Part shown: in pieces, positions 8,798 to 16,086 of the stretch
Position numbering within the stretch: position 1 is the first letter of the stretch
How the letters are laid out: each line of letters starts with the position of its first letter
DNA from: Chlamydiia bacterium
GTDB lineage: Bacteria; Chlamydiota; Chlamydiia; Chlamydiales; 2-12-FULL-49-11
Assembly: GCA_044359535.1 (NCBI GenBank)
Contig: JBIKLZ010000019.1
Location: 1-21,122, forward strand
Length of the DNA: 21,122 nucleotides
Direction of reading: 5' to 3'
Made by a program: the position numbers and the translations under genes
The notes under the pieces: model-generated
Told to the model about the DNA's origin: nothing
Seen by the model: only the letters and a program-made list of their open reading frames with translations
Database searches by the model: none

Positions 8798-9902
8798 TTA
8801 AACCCTTTAAAATAGTTCTTCTTTCATCTTGATAGGGGGTTGAAAAAAGCTCTGTGTAGAGGGCTATATTTTGATCTAATTCAAGCCATAGGGTTTCAAC
8901 CATTTTTCTCCCCCTTCGACAAGCCTCTGTATATCCTTCTTCCGTTGAAAGGGTTTTTCGAATTTGATAAACCATTTGGTCTCCTGAACTGAAGCGAATG
9001 GGGGCCATTTTATATGGGGTGATATCCTGACAAGCAATGGGTATTCCATGAGCTGATGCTTCTAAAAATTTGCAATTGCTTTTTCCATGATTATTGATAT
9101 TGTCAGCAAGGGGGGCTATCATCATACACACTTCTAAAGAAGCTAATTTTTTATGATACCCATCCATAGTTTCAATTTCATAATATTCAACATCTTTATT
9201 GAGAAGGTTTTCTTTTAGTTCAAAAGGAATGGCCCCTAAAAAGATCCATTTAAACTCAAAAAGGGTGGTTTTAATAGCCTCTATAATGTGAGTAAAATCA
9301 TCATTACCTAAGGCACCAAAAGCATTCATATGAGAGGTTGATCCCGCAAATAAAATTCTAGGCCGATGCAGATGTTTTTTATAGATTTTCCCCCTTATTT
9401 CTTCATTATAAAAATTCCCAGCCCAAGAAAAGGGGATTCTATTAGGTACCACAGTGATCTTATTAGGTCCAAAAGTGTTGAGGTAATACTGTTTTAAAAA
9501 GGGTGTACTCACAGTGATTTCATCACAGAGTGAAAAAATTTTTTTTAAAGCCTCACCGTTATATAAATGAGGTTTTGATTCAATCCCATAATAGGTGGGC
9601 ATATCCTCTCTGATAAGAACATCATCGATATCATGAATGAGTACAAATCGATATTTTTCCCTTAATAGAGCTATAGACTCTATATATTTTAGGTGCTCAA
9701 AACTTGTTGCCCTTTGAATCCACAAGACATCTAACCCCTCATACATGTGGGGATCTTTTAAGTATACAGATGAGGTAATAAGGTCGATCCTCTCTAATTG
9801 TTCAAGGTAAAATGTGGGGAAAAGGATCCTCCAAAATCCCGAAGCGTAGATCCCTGAAGGAAATGTCAATAAAGAAGGTTTTACTTTTTTTTCATGACCC
9901 AT
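8790..9902 (-). CDS. Putative GT-B (GT4-like) glycosyltransferase, paralogue 1
   Basis: HDIDD, CDEITVSTPFLK, PRILFAGS, APLADNINNHGKSNCKFLEASAHGIP. Collinear with the neighbouring paralogue over its full length. G-rich SD upstream. Confidence 0.8.
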   Translation of the reverse strand: MGHEKKVKPSLLTFPSGIYASGFWRILFPTFYLEQLERIDLITSSVYLKDPHMYEGLDVLWIQRATSFEHLKYIESIALLREKYRFVLIHDIDDVLIREDMPTYYGIESKPHLYNGEALKKIFSLCDEITVSTPFLKQYYLNTFGPNKITVVPNRIPFSWAGNFYNEEIRGKIYKKHLHRPRILFAGSTSHMNAFGALGNDDFTHIIEAIKTTLFEFKWIFLGAIPFELKENLLNKDVEYYEIETMDGYHKKLASLEVCMMIAPLADNINNHGKSNCKFLEASAHGIPIACQDITPYKMAPIRFSSGDQMVYQIRKTLSTEEGYTEACRRGRKMVETLWLELDQNIALYTELFSTPYQDERRTILKGLNE

Positions 9903-9949
9903 AACCCCCGTATATAGTATTATAGCTTTTTTACAAGAGGGATTTTTTT

Positions 9950-10909
9950 ATTCATACTCCATTTTTTAGAAAGCTCATAAAAGAGCGTTTACAGGGCAAA
10001 TCAACAACCTTTTTTTCTTTTGTAGGACCTTGCTCCATTTACAATGAAGAAGAAACCCTTTTTTATGAAGATTTACTAAAAGGGCTTCAAAAAGAGCTTG
10101 GTAATACCATGATCCTTATCATGAGAGCCTTTGTCGAAAAATCTCGTACCTGCTTTGGTTGGAGGGGATTTGTTAACCAAAGTGATCTATCACAACCTGA
10201 AGATATTCTCACAGGGATACAAAGGACACAAGATCTATTTAAAAAACTTACCACCCCCCTTGCAATGGAGTGTATCGATCCAATGATCTATCCCCATCTT
10301 GAAAAGTTCCTCTCTTGGGGGTGTATTGGAGCTCGAACTTCAACATCCTCCACACATCGAATCTTAGCCTCCAATGCTTGTATCCCCTTTGGTTTTAAAA
10401 ATAGCTTGGATGGAAATGTTCTTTCAGCAATCCATGGATCCCTTGTAGCCCAACAAAGTCACTGCATTTTAACTTCGCAAGGACAAATTTTTTCACAAGG
10501 GAATAAAGATACCCATATCATTTTAAGAGGGGGGGATAAAGGGGTCAACTACACAAAAAATGAGGTGGAAAAAATCTCTCAACACGCAAAGAGTTTAGGG
10601 CTTTTTTCTCCACTTCTCATCGATTGCTCTCATGGTAATGCCCCTTGTAAACCCGATGATCAAAAAGTGGCCTTCAACTGTAGCCTTGAAAGGGCTTTAC
10701 AATCCCCTGAAAAGGTCTTTGGGATCATGCTAGAAAGTCATATTTACAAAGGATCTAATAAAAAAGAGAAACTATTTGGTCTTTCTTTAACAGACCCCTG
10801 TCTAAGCTTTGAGGAAACCCGAGAACTCCTTTTATATGGTGCCGATAAAATCACTCAACAGAGCAAGGGAGGATTAAATCTACCCACATCCTATGTGTGT
10901 AGTCACTAA
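9950..10909 (+). CDS. aroG: 3-deoxy-7-phosphoheptulonate (DAHP) synthase, type I-alpha (AroF/G/H-like); proposed ATT start upstream of the ORF-track start at 10109
   Basis: The frame is open from 9926 and encodes RKLIKERLQG...VGPCSI (metal-ligand Cys at 10031) ahead of MRAFVEKSRT, IGART, GFKN, LRGG, IDCSHGN, MLESH and TDPC. The product call is firm. The start codon is inferred (SD AGAGGG 9936-9941, ATT 9950) and the isoenzyme symbol is nominal. Confidence 0.88.
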   Translation: MHTPFFRKLIKERLQGKSTTFFSFVGPCSIYNEEETLFYEDLLKGLQKELGNTMILIMRAFVEKSRTCFGWRGFVNQSDLSQPEDILTGIQRTQDLFKKLTTPLAMECIDPMIYPHLEKFLSWGCIGARTSTSSTHRILASNACIPFGFKNSLDGNVLSAIHGSLVAQQSHCILTSQGQIFSQGNKDTHIILRGGDKGVNYTKNEVEKISQHAKSLGLFSPLLIDCSHGNAPCKPDDQKVAFNCSLERALQSPEKVFGIMLESHIYKGSNKKEKLFGLSLTDPCLSFEETRELLLYGADKITQQSKGGLNLPTSYVCSH

Positions 10910-11297
10910 TTACCTCATCATCGACAGAAATAATCTGAAGCTTATACACTAAAAAGCCCTTCTTTTCTTCGAATTCTTTACCTAAAAGCTCAATAATCCT
11001 TGCCCCAGCTCTTCTTTTGATAGGGAAGACTAAGGTCTCTTTTGTTAAGTTTCTGTAAATTATTTCCACTTGCATGCGGTATTTATAAGCCTCAAATTGG
11101 ATGGGTAAAGACCAATTGATGTAGAGCTTTTCCCCTTTAGGGGGGTTTAAAGTTCTAGGATCAGGGGTTTTTGCAAAACGACTGGCATAGGTGAGTTTGT
11201 CTGTTTTGATTTTATCAACCCCAATATAAGTTGTCGAACAGCTACTAAAAATAACAACTAACATCCCTATGGAAAATTTCTTTACTTGGCTAATCAC
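10851..11297 (-). CDS. Conserved chlamydial lipoprotein, CT303-like
   Basis: GTG at 11297 with GAGGA upstream gives MISQVKKFSIGMLVVIFSS-C (basic N-terminus, hydrophobic stretch, lipobox Cys). The motif ASRFAKTPDP...GEKLYINWSLP resembles the CT303 family as I recall it. The ORF-track start at 11357 overlaps the divergent gene and is unlikely. Confidence 0.65.
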   Translation of the reverse strand: MISQVKKFSIGMLVVIFSSCSTTYIGVDKIKTDKLTYASRFAKTPDPRTLNPPKGEKLYINWSLPIQFEAYKYRMQVEIIYRNLTKETLVFPIKRRAGARIIELLGKEFEEKKGFLVYKLQIISVDDEVISDYTHRMWVDLILPCSVE

Positions 11298-11350
11298 AAA
11301 ATCCTCTATACTAAAAATCAATAAAAGAAGTGTACAAGGAGAAACAATAG

Positions 11351-11857
11351 ATGTCAAAAACTATCGTTACGGCTGTGTTGGGTGCTCTTATCATTGATGA
11401 TAAAATAGTCCTTGTTAAACGGTCCGACATCCCTGTTTGGGTCTTGCCGGGTGGGAAAATTGACCCTAATGAAACTGCCGAGGAAGCAATCGTTCGAGAG
11501 ACAAAAGAAGAAACGGGCTATGATGTAAAAATAGAGAGAAAAATAGCTCTTTATAGTTCCTCTTCACCCTTTTTAACCCCTGTCTTTTTATTTGCCCTCT
11601 CTCCCCTCTCTTTAGAGCCCTCAGCTTTTGATACAACCGAGAGTAAAGAGGTAGCCTTATTTTCCCCACAAGATCTACCTTATGACATTGTTCCATTTTA
11701 TCGTGATTGGATTAAAGATACTTTTGAAAATAAACCCTATTTTGAAAAACATATCACCTCCATCACCTTATTTTATATCGTCAAAATGTTGCTTCTTCAC
11801 CCTCTGATTGTAGGAAGATTTTTTCTTATGAAGTTAGGTGTTCATATAAATACCTAA
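11351..11857 (+). CDS. Nudix hydrolase
   Basis: Complete Nudix box GGKIDPNETAEEAIVRETKEETGY preceded by WVLP. SD AGGAGA at 11337-11342. Hydrophobic/basic C-terminal tail. Substrate unknown. Confidence 0.92.
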   Translation: MSKTIVTAVLGALIIDDKIVLVKRSDIPVWVLPGGKIDPNETAEEAIVRETKEETGYDVKIERKIALYSSSSPFLTPVFLFALSPLSLEPSAFDTTESKEVALFSPQDLPYDIVPFYRDWIKDTFENKPYFEKHITSITLFYIVKMLLLHPLIVGRFFLMKLGVHINT

Positions 11858-11903
11858 ACTAAGACAAAAACATTTTATAGCACTTAATTCGTTCCTGACG
11901 CCC

Positions 11904-13658
11904 TCATTTTTTTTGCTTCATTGCCATTTGAATAATTTTTTGAATAATTTCCGGATCTTTTTTCAATTCTTCACTAGCATATTCAAGCCCTTCCGGATCT
12001 TTTTCAATAACTTTAAGAAGGTACTCTTTATTATTTTGAAGGTCAGTCACTGCTGCTAATCTTTGAATGCTTACATCAAATTCACCCTTCAAAAAATTCT
12101 TTAAAGCTTGATCTTTTACATATCTAAGAGATGCATAATTTTGAGCTACAGCAGCTCTTGCAATCTCAACGTCCTCTTGCATCTCTTTGCTTAGCTTTGG
12201 AAGATTCAATCCATTACTCTTTACAAAAGCAAGAGCAATTTCTTTTGATTTTTTTAATCTATTAGATATAGAAGAATAATCAAAATCACCACTTGCAAGT
12301 CCTTTAATTACAAACTCCTCATGATCTAATAATTCATTAGCCCAAGAGCTCACTCCAATAGGCTCATTAGTTTTAGTTGGGTTGTTCACTGTTTGATCTA
12401 AAGAAATTTCACCCCCTTCAGAAAGCTTGGATTCTATCGTTTTTGAATCTTCTTTTTTAGAATCATTTCCTTTTGATTGTACTTTTTCATAAATTAGGAC
12501 AGAAGCGTTTCCAAAACCCCCTTTTGGACCAAGCAATCTTTTATTCATGTCATTGTAATTGATCCACTGGTCTTTGCCTTGATCTTTAACCTTTACCATA
12601 CTTGTATAATGGCCAGGCCAAAAATATTTAATAACCCCTTTCAAAACAAAATCATTTCCTCTGATAGAGAGGGTATCGGATATTTCAGGGTTTTTTCCTT
12701 CTATTGATCCAATAAAAAACTCCTCATTCCCACCTTCTAGGCTGCTCGAAAATTCTTTGCTAAGAAGATAGAATGAGTTAGAAAGGATGTTTTCTAAAGG
12801 AGCAATATTTAACGTTTCCGCAAGAAATGTCATAAATTCAGAAGAATCATTTGTTTTACCCTTTCCAGGGGTAAGTCCACACTTTTTTTCGCTATTTTTC
12901 AATAAGCCTTGCAATTGATTCCAAAAGGCTTCTGATTTATCAACTATAGCCTTTTTACTTGAAGACGGATTATCCATTGTGTTTAAAAGGTCTACAAGAC
13001 TTTTCTTTAAAGGTGTTGCTTCTTCTTTTGGAACAGCGTTTTTAACCAATTCTGTTAGACCAGGAATGTTTTTTATGATTTGGATCGCTGAATTCATGTA
13101 GCACACATTGACCAGTCCCTTTGTCATATTTGGAAGTCCAGGGCCTCCAATAACTTTTTTAGAACTAGGGGGTGGATCGGTCATTTTTGCAAGTTCAGCC
13201 GCTACTTTTTTTAGGATTTGACCCAGTACTTGTTGAGGACTTATCCCAAAAATGTTACTAAAAAATTTTTTTATAACTAAAAAAATTTTAGCTATACCCT
13301 TTACTTCTTCCGCATCTTCTTTTTCCAAATTTCCGTACAATTGTTGAAAAAAAACGATATTTTCATTGAATTCAATCATTTCATTGACTATTTTTTCCTT
13401 TTCTTCCTCTGTTTTATTAGGTCTATTACATTCAGCTTTCAATTCTGCAAATGTTTGGTCTAGACTCTGTTTTAGACTCAGTTCTCTTGTAATGTCCCTT
13501 TCCTTTAAATCTAGGGGAGCTTGGTCACTTTCACCTCTATTACCTACCACTGATTGTGCAACGTGGGTAACATCCCTCTCCATTTGAGAGATGGGTCTTT
13601 CACGTTGATCTTTAATTTCTTCAATACTATCACGGTTATGCGGTTGCAGGGGGTTCAT
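11904..13658 (-). CDS. USP-family (peptidase C19) deubiquitinase-like protein with C-terminal DUF4116-like repeats; candidate secreted effector
   Basis: Cys box GLPN...NVCYMNSAIQ (C186), DSSEF (D271, QDAxEF-like), His box FVLKGVI....GHYTSMVK (H350), WINYND (N369/D370) and ASVLIYEK. C-terminal ~25-aa repeats, e.g. NKEYLLKVIEKDPEGLEYASEELKKDPEII. SD AAAGGA. Confidence 0.8.
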   Translation of the reverse strand: MNPLQPHNRDSIEEIKDQRERPISQMERDVTHVAQSVVGNRGESDQAPLDLKERDITRELSLKQSLDQTFAELKAECNRPNKTEEEKEKIVNEMIEFNENIVFFQQLYGNLEKEDAEEVKGIAKIFLVIKKFFSNIFGISPQQVLGQILKKVAAELAKMTDPPPSSKKVIGGPGLPNMTKGLVNVCYMNSAIQIIKNIPGLTELVKNAVPKEEATPLKKSLVDLLNTMDNPSSSKKAIVDKSEAFWNQLQGLLKNSEKKCGLTPGKGKTNDSSEFMTFLAETLNIAPLENILSNSFYLLSKEFSSSLEGGNEEFFIGSIEGKNPEISDTLSIRGNDFVLKGVIKYFWPGHYTSMVKVKDQGKDQWINYNDMNKRLLGPKGGFGNASVLIYEKVQSKGNDSKKEDSKTIESKLSEGGEISLDQTVNNPTKTNEPIGVSSWANELLDHEEFVIKGLASGDFDYSSISNRLKKSKEIALAFVKSNGLNLPKLSKEMQEDVEIARAAVAQNYASLRYVKDQALKNFLKGEFDVSIQRLAAVTDLQNNKEYLLKVIEKDPEGLEYASEELKKDPEIIQKIIQMAMKQKK

Positions 13659-13714
13659 AAAAACCGTCCTTTATTTTTAAAAAAACTTTTTTCTTATTAA
13701 AAAGAAAGCTTTTT

Positions 13715-15097
13715 TTAAGGAGAGGTCATTTTTTTATGATTAATCCATCTTTCAAATTCTTCTTCAGTCAAAAGATCTAACACCATAGCAGCCTCTTTGA
13801 GAGTGATTCCCTCTTTATGGGCTTTTTTTGCGATAGATGCTGCATTATTATAGCCAATATGAGGGTTTAAAGCAGTCACAAGCATTAAAGAATACTTAAG
13901 ATGCTTTTCAATCATGGCTTGATTTGCCTCAATCCCTTTTAAACACTTATCGACAAAATTCATCGCACCATCAGAGAGTAAATGTATCGCTTCAAGGAGG
14001 TTATAGACAACCACTGGGCGAAAAACATTTAACTGAAGATGACCCATACTTCCAGCAATTCCAATAGCGGCATCATTGCCCATCACTTGACAGGCAACTT
14101 GTGTAAGCATCTCACATTGTGTGGGGTTTACCTTTCCAGGCATAATAGAAGAACCAGGTTCGTTTTCTGGAAGGATAAGCTCACCAATCCCACATCTTGG
14201 CCCTGAGGCTAAAAGGCGGATGTCATTACCAATTTTCATATAGGAAACAGCTAGAGTCCTTAAAGCACTAGAAAGATGAACTAATCCATCCATAGATCCA
14301 AGGGCTTCAAATTTATTCGGCGCCGATAAAAACTTCCTCCCAAGGGCCTTGGATAGTTTTTTTGCCACTTTATCGGCATATTTTGGATGGGTATTTAACC
14401 CTGTTCCAACAGCTGTTCCTCCAAGGGCTAAAAATGAAGCCCCTTCTGCAGCCTCTTTAACCCTCTCAATTCCATTCTGAATTTGCATAGCAAACCCAGA
14501 AAATTCTTGTCCAAGGGTAAGGGGGGTTGCATCCATCAAATGGGTCCGCCCACATTTTACAATATCCTTAAACTGTTCAACTTTAATCAGTAATTCTTTT
14601 AAAAAGGATTCTAAAGAGGGGAGTAATTTATCATAAACAAGGGTAACAGATGCAATCACACATGCTGAGGGGATCACATCGTTTGAAGATTGGCTTTTAT
14701 TGACATCATCATTTGGGTGAATAAAGGAGTATTCCCCTAACTTTCCTCCATGTTTTAGATTTGCCACATTTGCAATAACCTCATTGACATTCATATTGGT
14801 CTGTGTTCCTGAGCCAGTTTGCCAGACAACCAAAGGAAAATGATCTTTATATTTTCCTGCAATCACTTCATCGGCAGCATCTTGAATCAATAAGGACTTT
14901 TCCTTTGGAAGAAGTTTTAATTCTGTGTTTACTATTGCAGAGATTTTTTTTATCAGGGCAAGGGACACAATCACCTCCTCAGGCATTTTTTGCCCCCCGA
15001 CCTTAAAATTTTCAATAGAGCGGGCTGTTTGAGCCCCATAAAACATTTTTTCAGGGACTAAAACCTTCCCTATAGTATCCCTTTCTTCTCTAAACAT
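13715..15097 (-). CDS. fumC: Fumarate hydratase class II
   Basis: YGAQTARS, VWQTGSGTQTNMNVNEV, HPNDDVNKSQSSND, GRTHLMDATPLTLGQEFSG and the signature GSSIMPGKVNPTQCE. Confidence 0.98.
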   Translation of the reverse strand: MFREERDTIGKVLVPEKMFYGAQTARSIENFKVGGQKMPEEVIVSLALIKKISAIVNTELKLLPKEKSLLIQDAADEVIAGKYKDHFPLVVWQTGSGTQTNMNVNEVIANVANLKHGGKLGEYSFIHPNDDVNKSQSSNDVIPSACVIASVTLVYDKLLPSLESFLKELLIKVEQFKDIVKCGRTHLMDATPLTLGQEFSGFAMQIQNGIERVKEAAEGASFLALGGTAVGTGLNTHPKYADKVAKKLSKALGRKFLSAPNKFEALGSMDGLVHLSSALRTLAVSYMKIGNDIRLLASGPRCGIGELILPENEPGSSIMPGKVNPTQCEMLTQVACQVMGNDAAIGIAGSMGHLQLNVFRPVVVYNLLEAIHLLSDGAMNFVDKCLKGIEANQAMIEKHLKYSLMLVTALNPHIGYNNAASIAKKAHKEGITLKEAAMVLDLLTEEEFERWINHKKMTSP

Positions 15098-15100
15098 CGG

Positions 15101-15146
15101 TGACCCCTTAAAACTGCACCATAATTAAAGGGTCATTTCTGGTAAA
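15101..15146 (-). promoter_or_regulatory. Putative sigma70/sigma66-type promoter of fumC overlapped by an 11-bp inverted repeat
   Basis: Minus strand TTTACC(15146-15141)-N17-TATGGT(15123-15118). Inverted-repeat arms TGACCCCTTAA (15101-15111) and TTAAAGGGTCA (15125-15135) differ by one mismatch. One arm contains the fumC SD. Confidence 0.45.
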
Positions 15147-15228
15147 GGGAAAATCCTACCGATTTATTATAAAAAAAGGTGTTGTCAAAAAAAGAGCCAA
15201 AGGGTGAATTCCAATTAAAGAGGTGGTT

Positions 15229-16086
15229 ATGGTAAATAAACTCAATTTTTTTACACCCGTTTATCATCAGGACCCAACACGAAGTCAACGTGCTGAATCT
15301 GTTATTGATAGCTATTTCTATTTAGGGGGAAAAATTGCCACTGTAGAAAAAACTAAAAACAGGGAAGAGGTGGTTTTTTTAAACAATCCAACACACACTG
15401 AAAAATCAAAAACAACTGGACTAAATATACTTAAAGTTTTTTCCTACCTTACTGTAATTACTCCCCTTGCTTTTTTAATTGCAAAGGTAATTATACGCTT
15501 CCCTAAACATTATCGGGTAGATCTTGACTATTCAACCTCTAAAAAACATGAGCTTTCAACCCCTCAAAACATCGTCAACAACTCTCCCTCTTCGAATTCT
15601 ACAACAATGAAATTGCTTAACCAGGATGGTGAAAAAGAGTCTGTGGAAATACAGAAAATCGCAGAATGGTTAGCAGACACTCCTATAAAAGTAAAATATC
15701 AAGACTTTCAGCCTTTATGGAATTCAAAAGAGGAGTATAGATCTTTAATTAATAGACTAATTGAAAATTCAACAGATGAGGTAAAATCAAAATTGGAAAC
15801 CCAATTAGAAGCCTTTAACAACTCTATTTCAGTGGTTCAGCAGTTAGAATCCGATTATAATTTCACTCAAATTTTAAAAGAGTTAATTAGAGACAATAAG
15901 ACCGAAATTCTCAATGAAATAAAAAATGCTTTCGGAGAAGACGAAAGAGCCTTTCTTTTTCCAAAAGGTCACCCTTTACAACAACTGATGCGACTTAAGA
16001 GCTTTTTAACTACCAATGCTAATCTCAACGAAGCTTTTCTTAAAATTCAAACTAGAAAATTACTTGAATATTTAAAAACAATGTGA
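15229..16086 (+). CDS. DUF648-type chlamydial protein, paralogue 1 (candidate effector/membrane-associated protein)
   Basis: N-terminal FFTPV...IDSYFYLGGK...LKVFSYLTVITPLAFLIAKVIIR matches the chlamydial DUF648-like N-terminal module. ATG 15229 is preferred over GTG 15223 because GAGGT lies upstream and it aligns with the paralogue start. Confidence 0.7.
   Translation: MVNKLNFFTPVYHQDPTRSQRAESVIDSYFYLGGKIATVEKTKNREEVVFLNNPTHTEKSKTTGLNILKVFSYLTVITPLAFLIAKVIIRFPKHYRVDLDYSTSKKHELSTPQNIVNNSPSSNSTTMKLLNQDGEKESVEIQKIAEWLADTPIKVKYQDFQPLWNSKEEYRSLINRLIENSTDEVKSKLETQLEAFNNSISVVQQLESDYNFTQILKELIRDNKTEILNEIKNAFGEDERAFLFPKGHPLQQLMRLKSFLTTNANLNEAFLKIQTRKLLEYLKTM

Noticed and set aside
9926-10021. Phe-rich 5' codons of aroG as a Phe-sensing attenuator
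   Set aside because: There is no separate leader peptide or terminator/antiterminator, and TTT codons are expected from T-runs in AT-rich DNA.
10109-10111. ORF-track ATG start for the DAHP synthase
   Set aside because: It would omit the first barrel strand and the GPCS metal-binding Cys, which are encoded in frame upstream.
11298-11357. 20-aa N-terminal extension of the lipoprotein ORF (ATG 11357)
   Set aside because: It overlaps the divergent Nudix start and SD. GTG 11297 has its own SD and yields a proper lipoprotein signal peptide.
13678-13716. Imperfect inverted repeat after fumC as an intrinsic terminator
   Set aside because: It is almost entirely A/T with mismatches, too weak to call.
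15143-15165. Sigma28-like TAAAG...CCGAT upstream of the DUF648 pair
   Set aside because: The spacing is about 4 nt shorter than the TAAA-N15-GCCGATAA consensus.
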